Below, piece after piece: positions 29,297-40,577 of a DNA stretch of 64,000 nt (its first letter is position 1; each line of letters starts with the position of its first letter). The translations under genes and the position numbers were made by a program. Below the pieces are notes generated by a model that ran no database searches, was not told the origin of the DNA, and was given only the letters and a program-made list of their open reading frames with translations. This DNA is from an uncultured bacterium (GTDB lineage: Bacteria > Myxococcota_A > Bradymonadia > UBA7976 > VGTA01): NCBI GenBank assembly GCA_943788935.1, contig CALSSE010000007.1:227871-291870 (forward strand), read 5' to 3'.

Positions 29297-30737
29297 ATGG
29301 GTTTATTTGTAAATACTAACGCTTCGGCGTTGAACGCTCAGCGCCAGCTGAACTCTACCTCTAACTCTCTCGGCCGCTCATTCGAGCGTCTCTCTTCAGG
29401 TCTCCGTATCAACGGCGCCAAGGATGACGCTGCTGGCCTCAGCATTACCACTCGCTTCAGCGCTCAGATCCGTGGTCTGAACCAAGCTGTACGTAACAGT
29501 AATGACGGGATCTCTTTGGCGCAGACCGCTGAGGGTGCCCTCAACGAGACCACCAACATCCTTCAGCGTATCCGTGAGCTTGCTGTCCAGTCATCAAATG
29601 ACACCAACAACGACAGCGACCGCGCTTCACTCCAAGCTGAGGTCTCTCAGCTGCAGAGTGAGCTTGACCGCATCGCTGAGACCACAAACTTCAACGGCAA
29701 CAAGGTCCTCGACGGGACCTTCCTCGCCAAGAATATTCAGGTCGGCGCTAACGTCGGTGAGACTCTCAGCGTAAGCATTGACGCTGCGGCGACTAAAGAC
29801 TTGGCTCGCCAAGCACGATATGATGGCACAGAGGTTACAAATGCTGCAATCGCTGGTGGTGGTGACGTCACCATCACTTATAAGGATGCAGCATCTGCTA
29901 CAGGTGAGAGTTCTGCAAATGTGCGCGCAACTAATGACAATGATGATGCCCTCTCTACATCACAAAAGTCTTTCTCTGCGATTTCAAAAGCAGCAGCGAT
30001 TAACAGCTTAAGTGACACCACAGGTGTACGAGCGATCGTAAACGCTACAACTTTGGGTGGTGGAGCAATTGCTGCTGGTAACCTAAGCGCATCTTCATTC
30101 ATTGAGATCAACGGTGAGAAGATCTCAGGCTTTGCGGTTCAAGCAAATGATGCCGACGGAGCTTTGACCGATGCCATCAATGCAGTGTCAGATACTACAG
30201 GTGTTGTCGCTTCACTCGATAGTGACAGCCAACTTGTATTGACAGCGGCGGATGGTCGAAACATCGAAGTTGATATTACAAACGCTACTAATGCTGGTTT
30301 TGCCGCTGATGATGTTCAGCGTGGATCGATCACTCTTCAATCTGATAGCCAGTATGAGCTTGGTGGTGCTGCGATAGCCCGTCATCGGTCACGGACCAGG
30401 GATCTATGGCGTTAACTCGGACAACTCAGTCAAAGAGCTCGACATCAGCACTCGTGATGGCGCTGTTCAAGCTCTTGACACCATCGACCTCGCGCTTGAG
30501 AACGTCTCTTCTTCACGCGCTAAGCTCGGTGCGCTTCAGAATCGTCTCGAGAGCACCATCAACAACCTCAGCACCACCTCTGAGAACTTGAGCGCTTCAC
30601 GGAGCCGCATCCTCGACGCGGACTTCGCTTCTGAGACTGCACAGCTCTCTCGCAACCAGATCATTCAGCAGGCAGGTGTCTCTATCCTCGCTCAGGCTAA
30701 CCAGCAACCGCAGGTCGCGCTCGCGCTCCTCGGTTAA
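29297..30737 (+). CDS. fliC: Flagellin copy 2; the reading frame is broken once (~30376) in the central variable domain
   Basis: The N-terminal 165 aa and C-terminal ~100 aa are near-identical to copies 3-5. ORF 29297-30415 ends ...[18 protein letters not shown] +1 frame read from ~30377 gives [30 protein letters not shown]...LALLG*, ending at 30737. Confidence 0.8.
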
Positions 30738-30806
30738 TGATCGCTTGATTCACTCGGCGTATTCAGCTGCCGCTTAGGCGTGTTGAGCGCTGAGCAGGAT
30801 TATAGA

Positions 30807-30846
30807 AGCCCGTTTGGTATAGCCAAGCGGGCTTTTTGTGTTTTTG
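30807..30846 (+). terminator. Rho-independent terminator after flagellin copy 2
   Basis: The hairpin AGCCCGTTTGG-tatag-CCAAGCGGGCT is followed by TTTTTGTGTTTTT. Confidence 0.75.
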
Positions 30847-30973
30847 GGCCTGTTTCCGGAACACATTGAGGGTGTCTTTAAAATAAAAATTGAATTTTGA
30901 CTTAATGTATCCGATCATGTCGAAGCCATCGATGGCATTGTTCTAAGCCCCATACATATTCAAGGAGTGAATC

Positions 30974-32423
30974 ATGGGTTTATTTGTAAATACTAACGCT
31001 TCGGCGTTAAACGCTCAGCGCCAGCTGAACTCTACCTCTAACTCTCTCGGCCGCTCATTCGAGCGTCTCTCTTCAGGTCTCCGTATCAACGGCGCCAAGG
31101 ATGACGCTGCTGGCCTCAGCATTACCACTCGCTTCAGCGCTCAGATCCGTGGTCTGAACCAAGCGGTACGTAACAGTAATGACGGGATCTCTTTGGCTCA
31201 GACCGCTGAGGGTGCCCTCAACGAGACCACCAACATCCTTCAGCGTATCCGTGAGCTAGCTGTCCAGTCATCAAATGACACCAACAACGACAGCGACCGC
31301 GCTTCACTCCAAGCTGAGGTCTCTCAGCTGCAGAGTGAGCTTGACCGCATCGCTGAGACCACAAACTTCAACGGCAACAAGGTCCTCGACGGGAGCTTCC
31401 TCGCCAAGAACATTCAGGTCGGCGCTAACGTCGGTGAGACTCTCAGCGTAAGCATTGACGCTGCGGCTACCAAAGACTTGGCTCGCCAAGCACGATATGA
31501 TGGCACCGCAGTGTTGACGCGAATGGTATTCGCTGCTGGAGCTGATGTTCCATCACCTACAAAGATGCTTCATCTAGCCTACGGGTGAGAGTTCTGCGAA
31601 TGTCCGCGCAACGGTCTCAGCTGATGATGGCGTGTCTACCACAGGAACACTTTCTCTGCAATCGCCAAGGCTGCAGCCATCAATGATCTCACTGCAACGA
31701 CTGGAGTTCGAGCGATCGTTAACGCGACAACTGTTGACGGTGGTGACAATCGATGCGGGCTCTCTAAACGCATCTGATTACATTGAGATTAATGGCGAGA
31801 AGATCAGCGGCTTTGATGTTCAAGCAAATGACGCAGACGGCGCTCTCACTGATGCCATTAACGCTGTCTCAGACGAGACTGGAGTCGTTGCATCACTCGA
31901 CAGTGATAGTCAACTTGTACTTACCGCTGCTGATGGTCGCAACATTGAAGTGACAATCACCGGTGGTGCTGCTGACGAGACAGGTCTCGCAACAGGAACT
32001 TCTGCGGGTTCTTTGACCTTGCAGTCAAATAACCAGTACCAAATTGGAGGCGCGACCGCTGCTGCCCTAATCGGCCACGGATCAGGCATCTACGGCGTGA
32101 ACTCAGATAGCTCCGTAAAAGAGCTCGACATCAGCACTCGCGCTGGCGCTGTTCAAGCTCTTGACACCATCGATCTCGCGCTTGAGAACGTCTCTTCTTC
32201 ACGCGCTAAGCTCGGTGCGCTTCAGAATCGTCTTGAGAGCACCATCAACAACCTCAGCACCACCTCTGAGAACTTGAGCGCTTCACGGAGCCGCATCCTC
32301 GACGCGGACTTCGCTTCTGAGACTGCACAGCTCTCTCGCAACCAGATCATTCAGCAGGCAGGTGTCTCTATCCTCGCTCAGGCTAATCAGCAACCACAGG
32401 TCGCGCTCGCGCTCCTCGGTTAA
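30974..32423 (+). CDS. fliC: Flagellin copy 3; it has at least three frame disruptions in the variable domain and is a likely pseudogene unless these are assembly errors
   Basis: Segments lie in different frames: 30974-31588 (N-term), a third-frame segment [35 protein letters not shown] around 31640-31760, and 31632-32423 (C-terminus ...QVALALLG). Confidence 0.7.
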
Positions 32424-32489
32424 TGATCGCTTGATTCACTCGGCGTATTCAGCTGCCGCTTAGGCGTGTTGAGCGTTGAGTAGGATCAT

Positions 32490-32532
32490 AGAAGCCCGTT
32501 TGGTATAGCCAAGCGGGCTTTTTGTGTTTTTG
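32490..32532 (+). terminator. Rho-independent terminator after flagellin copy 3
   Basis: The hairpin and T-tract are identical to those at 30807-30846. Confidence 0.75.
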
Positions 32533-32657
32533 GGCCTGTATTAAAAAAATAAAAGACAGTCACTAAAAAAAAATTGATCTTTGTATCAATATGTCCGAAT
32601 ATTAGCATGCCATCGATGGCACTATTTTAAGCCCCATATAAATTCAAGGAGTGAATC

Positions 32658-34164
32658 ATGGGTTTATTCGTAAATACTAACGCTTCGGCGTTGAACGCTC
32701 AGCGCCAGCTGAACTCTACCTCTAACTCTCTCGGCCGCTCATTCGAGCGTCTCTCTTCAGGTCTCCGTATCAACGGCGCCAAAGACGACGCCGCTGGCCT
32801 CAGCATCACGACTCGCTTCAGCGCTCAGATCCGTGGTCTGAACCAAGCGGTACGTAACAGTAATGACGGGATCTCTTTGGCTCAGACCGCCGAGGGTGCG
32901 CTCAACGAGACCACCAACATCCTGCAGCGTATCCGTGAGCTAGCGGTTCAGGCGTCAAATGACACCAACAACGACAGCGACCGCGCTTCACTCCAAGCTG
33001 AGGTCTCTCAGCTTCAGAGTGAGCTTGATCGTATCGCTGACACCACCAATTTCAACGGTAACAAGGTCCTCGACGGTAGCTTCCTCGCCAAGAACATTCA
33101 AGTCGGCGCCAATGTCGGTGAGACACTCAGCGTAAGCATTGACGCAGCAGGCACTAAAGACCTCGCTCGTCAAGCTCGTTATGAGAGTGATACTTTCGTA
33201 AATGACGCAGCCTTCAGCACAGCAGCAAACACCTTCTCAATCTCATCGGCGGATCGAACCAACGGTGTTACTTTTGTAGATGTTCGTGGCACCGTTGACG
33301 CTGATGACGCTTTCTCTACAACGGGTAAAGACTTCTCAGCGATCGCCAAGGCTGCCGCGATCAATGATCTCTCCAACACCACAGGTGTACGAGCGATCGT
33401 TGGTGAAACAGAAGTAGAAGCAGCGGGTGCAGTGGGAGCGGTTACTCTAAACGCTTCTAACTTCGTAACCATCAATGGCGAAAAAATCGCCGGCTTCGCA
33501 TGTCGCGTCGAATGATGCAGATGGGAATCTCTGTCGACGCGATCAACGCTGTCTCTGATGACACAGGTGTCGTGGCTGGGCTCAGCTCAACAGGAGCCTT
33601 AACGCTTACCGCTGCTGATGGTCGTAATATCGCTGTCGAGTTCAGCGGGGCTGCCGTTGCTGATGCTGTAGGATTTGATGGCTTTACTGCAGCAGCCACC
33701 ATCGTTGCGAGTACGGTGCTACAGTGACTGAGTTTGTGGCCACCGCTAAGATCACCCTCCAATCTGATAGTGACTTTGAGATCGAAGTTGGCTCTGCGAG
33801 CACCTTCGCAGGCTTCACTGATGATGGTGTCTACGGAGTGAACTCAGATAATTCTGTGAACACACTCGACATCAGCACTCGCGGTGGCGCTGTGCAAGCT
33901 CTTGACACCATCGACCTCGCGCTTGAGAATGTCTCTTCTTCACGCGCTAAGCTCGGTGCGCTTCAGAACCGCCTCGAGAGCACCATCAACAACCTCAGCA
34001 CCACCTCTGAGAACTTGAGCGCCTCACGGAGCCGTATCCTCGACGCGGACTTCGCCTCTGAGACTGCACAGCTCTCTCGCAACCAGATCATTCAGCAAGC
34101 GGGTGTATCTATCCTCGCTCAGGCTAATCAGCAGCCACAGATCGCGCTCGCGCTCCTCGGTTAA
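32658..34164 (+). CDS. fliC: Flagellin copy 4; it has about three frameshifts in the variable domain
   Basis: The pieces are 32658-33515, 33500-33727 and 33724-34164. Two shifts fall within ~40 bp at ~33490-33530 ([21 protein letters not shown]) and one at ~33710. Confidence 0.7.
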
Positions 34165-34227
34165 TGATCGCTTGATCAACTCAATACACCTAACGGCTGC
34201 TTAGACAGCTGTCGGCGCTGAGTTTGA

Positions 34228-34268
34228 TAACAGGGAAGCTCGCTTGGCTAGGTCAAGCGGGCTTTTTT
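34228..34268 (+). terminator. Rho-independent terminator after flagellin copy 4
   Basis: The hairpin CTCGCTTGG-cta-GGTCAAGCGGGC is followed by TTTTTTTGTTTTT. Confidence 0.65.
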
Positions 34269-34274
34269 TGTTTT

Positions 34275-34355
34275 TGGCCTTTGGCTCTGACTTTGGCTCT
34301 GACTTTGGCTCTGGACTTTGGCTACTGACTTTGACTTTGACTTTGACTTATGACC
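34275..34355. repeat. Tandem repeat CTTTGGCTCTGA / CTTTGA, ~8 units
   Basis: It lies immediately after the terminator of flagellin copy 4. Confidence 0.8.
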
Positions 34356-34478
34356 AGGGCTGATTGGTGAAGGTATCTTGGAGACAAAAATAAATTGAAA
34401 TCTGACGCAAAGTAACCGACACTAGTCAGGCCATCGATGGCATTATTTTAAGCCCCATACAAATTCAAGGAGTGAATC

Positions 34479-35976
34479 ATGGGTTTATTCGTAAATACTA
34501 ACGCTTCCGCGTTAAACGCTCAGCGCCAGCTGAACTCTACCTCTAACTCTCTCGGCCGTTCATTTGAGCGTCTCTCTTCAGGTCTCCGTATCAACGGCGC
34601 CAAGGACGACGCGGCTGGCCTCAGCATCACTACTCGCTTCAGCGCTCAGATCCGTGGTCTGAACCAAGCTGTACGTAACAGTAATGACGGGATCTCTTTG
34701 GCGCAGACCGCCGAGGGTGCGCTCAACGAGACCACCAATATCCTCCAGCGTATCCGTGAGCTAGCGGTTCAGTCGTCAAATGACACCAACAACGACAGCG
34801 ACCGCGCTTCACTCCAAGCTGAGGTCTCTCAGCTCAAGAGTGAGCTTGATCGCATCGCTGAGACCACTAACTTTAACGGTAACAAGGTCCTCGACGGCAC
34901 CTTCCTCGCCAAGGACATCCAAGTGGGCGCCAACGTTGGTGAGACTCTGAGCGTCAGCATCGATGCAGCGGCTACCAAAGATCTCGCGCGCCAAGCTCGC
35001 TACGAAGGCGATTCATTTGTCAGCGCAGCCTCTTTCACAGCAGCAGGCAACTTTGCGCTCTCTCAAGCAGGTACAAACGGCGGTACTTTCGTTGACGTTC
35101 GCGCAACGGTAGCTGCAGATGATGCACTATCTACTACGGGTAAAGATTATTCTGCGATCTCTAAAGCGGCTGCGATCAATGATCTCACAGAGACTACAGG
35201 CGTCCGAGCGATCGTTGGGCCAACAACCGTCGCCGGTACTGCAAATGCAGTAGATGGTATCGCCCTGAACGCGAGTAACTTCTTCGAGATCAATGGTGAG
35301 AAAATCGCCGGCTTCACTGTCGCTGACAATGATGCTGATGGTAACCTCGTTGATGCCATTAACGCTGTGTCTGATGAGACCGGTGTCGTGGCGAGTCTAA
35401 GCGCTAACAGTGAGCTCACCCTCACCGCGGCCGACGGTCGTAACATTGAGCTTACATTTACAGGTGCAAACACTGCAGGAAGCCTCGGTTTTGGTGCAGG
35501 CACTAATGCTGCGCACTGCCGCTGCAGCAACGGTTGTTGCAACTGGTCAGATCACCCTTCAATCAAATGAAGCGTTTGAGATTGATACAGGAAATGCAGG
35601 CTCTTCTACTCTGATTGGCTTTAACACTCAAACAGAAGGAGTCTACGGCGTTAACTCTGAGGAGAGCGTCTATCAGCTCGACATCAGCACTCGCGATGGC
35701 GCTGTTCAAGCTCTTGACACCATCGACCTCGCGCTTGAGAACGTCTCTTCTTCACGCGCTAAGCTCGGTGCGCTTCAGAATCGTCTTGAGAGCACTATCA
35801 ACAATCTCAGCACTACCTCTGAGAACTTGAGCGCTTCACGGAGCCGCATCCTCGACGCGGACTTCGCTTCTGAGACTGCACAGCTCTCTCGCAACCAGAT
35901 CATCCAGCAGGCTGGCGTGTCTATCCTCGCCCAGGCTAATCAGCAACCACAGGTCGCGCTCGCGCTCCTCGGTTAA
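34479..35976 (+). CDS. fliC: Flagellin copy 5; it has one frameshift (~35505) in the variable domain
   Basis: The pieces are 34479-35570 and 35410-35976. Across the junction ...GTNAA|[21 protein letters not shown] is restored by a 1-nt shift. Confidence 0.8.
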
Positions 35977-36037
35977 TGATCGCTTGATGAGCTCGATTCA
36001 CTCAGCAGTGGCTTGACCTCTGAGAGTGACGAGTAGA

Positions 36038-36073
36038 GTCATAGAAGAGCCCTCTTGATCTGATCAAGGGGGC
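36038..36073 (+). terminator. Rho-independent terminator after flagellin copy 5
   Basis: The hairpin AGCCCTCTTGATC-tgatc-AAGGGGGCT is followed by T9. Confidence 0.75.
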
Positions 36074-36153
36074 TTTTTTTTTGGGTATACCCTTCCCTTG
36101 TCTCCTGACTTAATAGTCTGAGCGCTGTTCATGCGTATTGAAGGATTATTGAT

Positions 36154-37059
36154 ATGAACATTCCCTACTTTCACGTTGACGCCTTTACCCAAAATAGGTT
36201 TAGCGGTAACGCGGCAGGTGTATGCTTGCTCTCTAGCCCCTTGAGTGATCAAGTTCTCCGGCAGATGGCTCAAGAGCATCATCTCGCTGAGACCGCCTTT
36301 GTTACCGTCGATGAGAGCCAACTTCAGCTGCGTTGGTTCACTCCTGAGCTAGAGATGGATCTCTGTGGTCATGCGACTTTAGCAGCGGCTCATGTGCTCT
36401 TCTCAGAGGGACGAGCGCAGCGATGGCTCAAGGAGCAAGGGGTACAGCTAGGAGATCAAATCTGCTTTAGCACTGTGAGTGGTGTCATCTCTGTTTACAC
36501 TCACCCCTCAATGGGGATGAGCTCATCGTACACATTAGATCTGCCAGAGCGAGCTCCTACTCAGCTCTCTGAGTGGGGAGATGATCCACAGGTCACGCAG
36601 ATCATCAAGGCTCTCGGTCAGAACCCCATTGAGGTGTGGCGCTCTCGTGATGTCCTCTGCCTCTTTGAAGATGCGGAGAGGGTTCGATCTTTAAACCCCG
36701 ATCCTCTCTTGATGGGAGCCGTTGAGCTTGGGACTGGTGGAGTGATCGTGACCGCGAGCGGTCTTCATGAGCAGAGACGTCACTCTTCGGGGAGGAGAGC
36801 TGACTTTATCTCACGCTTCTTCACCCCCCAGGCAGAGCTGTTTGAAGATGACGTCACAGGCTCAGCACATTGCACTCTGGGGCCCTTCTGGTCTCAGAGA
36901 CTCAACGTTGATGATTTAGTGGCTTACCAAGCCTCAGAGAGAGGAGGATGGCTGACGGTGAGAGTCTTTAACGCCGCTCATAATGACGGGCCGATACGCG
37001 GTAGAGTCTGGGTTAGCGGAGAGGCGGTCACTTATATGGAGGGGACGCTCAGAGTATAG
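36154..37059 (+). CDS. PhzF-family phenazine-biosynthesis-like isomerase
   Basis: The N-terminus MNIPYFHVDAFTQNRFSGNAAGVCLL and the 301-aa length are typical of the PhzF/YddE fold. Confidence 0.75.
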   Translation: MNIPYFHVDAFTQNRFSGNAAGVCLLSSPLSDQVLRQMAQEHHLAETAFVTVDESQLQLRWFTPELEMDLCGHATLAAAHVLFSEGRAQRWLKEQGVQLGDQICFSTVSGVISVYTHPSMGMSSSYTLDLPERAPTQLSEWGDDPQVTQIIKALGQNPIEVWRSRDVLCLFEDAERVRSLNPDPLLMGAVELGTGGVIVTASGLHEQRRHSSGRRADFISRFFTPQAELFEDDVTGSAHCTLGPFWSQRLNVDDLVAYQASERGGWLTVRVFNAAHNDGPIRGRVWVSGEAVTYMEGTLRV

Positions 37060-37092
37060 CCTACTCAGCCTCCAACTCAAGCGAGCTGAGGG

Positions 37093-37428
37093 TTATGTGA
37101 TCTCTTCACCACACTCCTCAACGACCCACTGCAGATAAGGCTGATAGGAGTGATCTTCATCGATCTTTAGCGCTAATATCTCGGGTAACTCATAGGGATG
37201 TAGACGCTTGATCTCTTGGACACAACGCTCAAGGACCTCATCACTGACCTTAGCGGTTAAGGTGATCTCTTGATCAATACAAATCTCGCCCTCCCAACGA
37301 TAGACGCTCTTGACAGGGCTTAAAGTGACGCAGGCGGCGAGCCTGCTCTCTATCAGTTGGCGAGCGATCGACTCAGCGTCCTCTTTAGGGAGATTACTGA
37401 TCACCAGGGCGGTAGGGCTTGAGTTCAT
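37093..37428 (-). CDS. cutA: Divalent-cation tolerance protein CutA
   Basis: The CutA1 fold sequence is present: ...LVISNLPKEDAESIARQLIESRLAACVTLSPVKSVYRWEGEI...YELPEILALKID. The track ORF (to 37506) overlaps the pepP end, so the internal Met (MNSSPTALV) is taken as the start. Confidence 0.7.
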   Translation of the reverse strand: MNSSPTALVISNLPKEDAESIARQLIESRLAACVTLSPVKSVYRWEGEICIDQEITLTAKVSDEVLERCVQEIKRLHPYELPEILALKIDEDHSYQPYLQWVVEECGEEIT

Positions 37429-37435
37429 ATTGAGT

Positions 37436-38725
37436 TTAGCCTCGAGCGGCCATGATCGACTCAATCTCATGAATCTCGCGGGGGCAATCAGCGGAGAGCA
37501 CCTCACAGCCGCCTTCGGTCACTAAGATGTCATCCTCGATACGAATTCCGATCTCCTCTTTAGCGATGTAAATCCCCGGCTCGATGGTGATCACCATCCC
37601 GGCGCGGAGGGGTTCACGCTGAAGACCAGAGTCGTGGACATAGAGACCGACAAAGTGGCCTAGGCTGTGAAAGTAATCGTCGGCGTATCCCGCCTCGTCG
37701 ATCACTTGACGAGCGATCTCGTTGAGCTGCGCCCAGGTGACGCCTGGGCGAACCGCCGCTACTGATGCTTTCCACGCGTTAAGGACCACTTGATAGACCT
37801 CGGCTTGTCGAGGAGTAAAGGTGCCGTTGACAGGGAAGGTGCGGGTGATATCAGAGGCATACATCTCGTATTCACAGCCCACATCACAGAGCACTAACTC
37901 ACCGTCTTTCATCACCTTTCGATTTTGACCATAGTGTAAGACACAGCTGTTGAGTCCAGACCCAATGATCGGCGCATAGGCGTTACTGTGACTCCCTTCA
38001 CGTCTAAAGTGACTCTCGAAGACATATTGTAGCTCGGACTCATTCATCTCAGGCTTTACGCTCTGCATGGCTTTCTTAAAGCCCTCTACCGTGATCCCCA
38101 CCGCTCGTCGCATGATATTGATTTCGTCCTCATCATGAACAGAGCGCATACGAGGTAAGAGCTCATGACCATCGCGGATCTTACTGTTTAAAATACGAGC
38201 GCTAGCGTCTCGGAGCACTTGTAGCTGCTTGGGAATGGGAGAGGTGTATCCAACCATCGATCCCAAGTAAACAAGGTCACGTTCTCTTGTATTAAGAATA
38301 GCATCGGTGAGCATTCTTGGTAATAGAGTAGTACGCATAACCTTAGCGATCCCCGTGCCGAGCTCGATAGCGCGACTTAAGATCGGTCGGTTACCGTGCC
38401 AGCGATTATCTTCTACATCGAGAGGGCGTAGGAAGAGGATCTCTTTATATTGTGGATGCTCTGGAGCGAGCAGTAGAGCCGCTCCCCCCTCAAACTCTAG
38501 ACCGGTGAGGTAGAAGAAATCGAGGTCTTGTCGCTGACCATCACCCACATGATCTGCGGCAAAGATCAAGGCGACCCCACTCTCCATCCCCTCCATTAGT
38601 CGTTGACGTCGTAGGCGATAAGTCTCTGCAGGGATAGGACCCGTCGGCGTAGGGATGCCCTCTACGTTGTGAGGGAGAGGTCGCTTAATATTAGGGGTCT
38701 CTAGAGGTCTCTTCGCGTGTTCCAT
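37436..38725 (-). CDS. pepP: Xaa-Pro aminopeptidase (M24B family)
   Basis: M24 metal-ligand motifs are present: VLCDVGCEYEMYASDITRTFPV, HSLGHFVGLYVHD, VITIEPGIY and IRIEDDILVT. Confidence 0.8.
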   Translation of the reverse strand: MEHAKRPLETPNIKRPLPHNVEGIPTPTGPIPAETYRLRRQRLMEGMESGVALIFAADHVGDGQRQDLDFFYLTGLEFEGGAALLLAPEHPQYKEILFLRPLDVEDNRWHGNRPILSRAIELGTGIAKVMRTTLLPRMLTDAILNTRERDLVYLGSMVGYTSPIPKQLQVLRDASARILNSKIRDGHELLPRMRSVHDEDEINIMRRAVGITVEGFKKAMQSVKPEMNESELQYVFESHFRREGSHSNAYAPIIGSGLNSCVLHYGQNRKVMKDGELVLCDVGCEYEMYASDITRTFPVNGTFTPRQAEVYQVVLNAWKASVAAVRPGVTWAQLNEIARQVIDEAGYADDYFHSLGHFVGLYVHDSGLQREPLRAGMVITIEPGIYIAKEEIGIRIEDDILVTEGGCEVLSADCPREIHEIESIMAARG

Positions 38726-38846
38726 GCTGGCTCCTTATCTGATCTCTTTGATCTTAGCGGAGCACAGCTTACCCTCTCTATAAGCCCTCGTCAAACCCCC
38801 ATATATTCATGTTTACACAGTGTGGCGATCTACAGAGTAAACATGA

Positions 38847-40577
38847 TCAGAATCGGAACTGGGCGATGAAGCTGAGTTCCTCTTGGACGAGGTTGATAAA
38901 TCTGTCTTCACCACCCATGGCCTCGGTATTATATTGTCCCTTCTCGACGATTCGCTTGTTGTAAACCACCGAGAAAACCCCGATGTCACGATAGTAAAAG
39001 AAGTGAGCGGCTGCGCGATACTGCATCTCATCTCTAGGCTCTCGAACGGTATCAGATGTTGGAACCCCTTTGAAGGGCTCTGCTTGATAGTTGCCAAAGT
39101 CGCCTGCAAGCATGAGGACTTTGGGAATCGCGAGGAAACCTAACTGGGCGTGCCAAGCTGCTTGCTTAGACTCAAAAGCGAGTTCATTCTTCCAATAGTG
39201 CTCTGCGAGGAGGACCATCCGCCGGTAGCGAATCGCTGCCTGGATATTGGTAGAATAAAACTCTTCTTCTTCACGCCTGTCATACTTTCCACCTGCGAGA
39301 ATACCGATGGTGAGAGGAACGGGGACATAGAGGAAGGGTGTATCAAAGCGACTGTAGTAGCCGACAAGATTGATCCCGAGCTGAGCGCCTGCTGACCATG
39401 GGTAATTGAGCGATTGATTACCTAGGCTGCGGCCACCGATATTGCCGTCGAATCGTCCATTACCCCCCGCGCCAAAGACGCGGTAGCGCAGGGTGTTGGT
39501 GTCGTTGAGAGGACCACTGACCTCAACTGCAGCTGAGTTGAACTGCTCAAAAGCTCTAAAGACGTTTGTGCGGCGGACGAGGAGCTGTTTGTGAACCGAG
39601 AGTGCTTGCGCTTGGGAAAGGCCTGCTGCCCCGCTGTTGATCGTCAGCATGTGTCGTGACTTAAAGATCGGAAGACTGAACATCGCAAAGGTCAAACGAG
39701 GCGTCTTCTCAGTGAGCATACTGATCAGATAAAAAGAATTCTCGATCTGGGGGATAGGACCAAAGGTACGAAGCTGTAGCCGTGACACTCGAGTATCATA
39801 GGGAGAATTGTCTGCTTCATCGGCGGCGAGATCTACTTTGTGCATCATCTGTCCGACGATTGAGAAGCGCATGTTTGGTGAACCACGACAGACCTGTACG
39901 CTGCCGTCAAACTGACAACCAGGGTCTTCACAGTCTATCTTGCCGTCATTATCATTATCGATCCCATCTGAGCATAAATAATCATTACGCTCACCGTCTT
40001 GATCTGTCCCTGCGCCGATGAGATCGAGAGGGTCGCCTGAAGACATTTGAGCACCACTGGTGCTCACACTTGAAGAGCTAGACTTGACTGTCGTTGTTGC
40101 GCTAGAAGCGCTCTTTTTTAGCGCAGCATCCCAAGAGCCTTCACAGGCGCTGATCAGCTCAGTTTGGCAGTCTTGATCATCGCAGTCAGTCACGCCATCT
40201 TCATCATTGTCTACCCAGTCGCGGCAGCGCGCATTAGTGTTCTCGGGACGACCATCAGGCTTACATTGAGTGTTCTCTTTGCAATCATTGTCGGCGCAGT
40301 CAGCGACGCTGTCTTTGTCGTTGTCGATCCCATCGCCACAATTAACCTCTTTAGCCTTCTTTGCCTCAGCAATCGATCCCGATGCGCTGAGAGCGACAAA
40401 GCCAAAGAGAAGTGAGAGGGCGAAGAGCATGGAGTGAGCCCTCGCTTGGATGAGTCCTGTATGTGATCGAGTGCTGTTCATCGCAGTTAGCTCGCTTGAT
40501 GTATGTTTTGGAGAGGGGGCGTCGGTGTTTTGACGAAGGAAAGTTAGGGTAGAGTGTTCGAAGTTAAGTAGTCTCAT
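38847..40577 (-). CDS. Outer-membrane protein: N-terminal Cys/Asp-rich metal-binding-like repeats fused to a probable beta-barrel that ends in Phe
   Basis: The repeats include CGDGIDNDKDSVADCADNDC, CRDWVDNDEDGVTDCDDQDC and CSDGIDNDNDGKIDCEDPGC. The C-terminal ~350 aa are Gly/Tyr/Asn-rich with alternating hydrophobics and end ...FIAQFRF. The start overlaps the stop of the upstream gene. Confidence 0.55.
   Translation of the reverse strand: MRLLNFEHSTLTFLRQNTDAPSPKHTSSELTAMNSTRSHTGLIQARAHSMLFALSLLFGFVALSASGSIAEAKKAKEVNCGDGIDNDKDSVADCADNDCKENTQCKPDGRPENTNARCRDWVDNDEDGVTDCDDQDCQTELISACEGSWDAALKKSASSATTTVKSSSSSVSTSGAQMSSGDPLDLIGAGTDQDGERNDYLCSDGIDNDNDGKIDCEDPGCQFDGSVQVCRGSPNMRFSIVGQMMHKVDLAADEADNSPYDTRVSRLQLRTFGPIPQIENSFYLISMLTEKTPRLTFAMFSLPIFKSRHMLTINSGAAGLSQAQALSVHKQLLVRRTNVFRAFEQFNSAAVEVSGPLNDTNTLRYRVFGAGGNGRFDGNIGGRSLGNQSLNYPWSAGAQLGINLVGYYSRFDTPFLYVPVPLTIGILAGGKYDRREEEEFYSTNIQAAIRYRRMVLLAEHYWKNELAFESKQAAWHAQLGFLAIPKVLMLAGDFGNYQAEPFKGVPTSDTVREPRDEMQYRAAAHFFYYRDIGVFSVVYNKRIVEKGQYNTEAMGGEDRFINLVQEELSFIAQFRF

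Noticed and set aside
30406-30591. ORF 30406-30591 (and its analog 35615-35830) encoding an Ala/Leu/Ser-rich 61-71-aa peptide
   Set aside because: It is an out-of-frame read of the conserved flagellin C-terminal coding region. The same peptide recurs only because the DNA is repeated.
27897-35542. Numerous 60-130-aa ORFs antisense to or overlapping the flagellin genes (e.g. 27897-28115, 28206-28511, 33179-33475, 33472-33762, 35147-35542)
   Set aside because: They lie in alternative frames of well-supported flagellin coding sequence and their compositions are Ala/Ser/Thr-rich mirror images. They are typical spurious antisense ORFs of GC-skewed coding DNA.
37093-37506. Full-length 137-aa CutA ORF overlapping the pepP C-terminus by 70 bp
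   Set aside because: The first 26 codons lack similarity to CutA and overlap pepP. The internal Met (MNSSPTALV, 37428) gives a canonical ~110-aa CutA with no overlap, so the shorter gene model is preferred.
38813-39395. ORFs 38813-39109, 38883-39143, 39140-39367 and 39150-39395, which overlap the end of gene 38847-40577
   Set aside because: They are alternative-frame ORFs within the beta-barrel-encoding region of a 576-aa gene and have no independent support.
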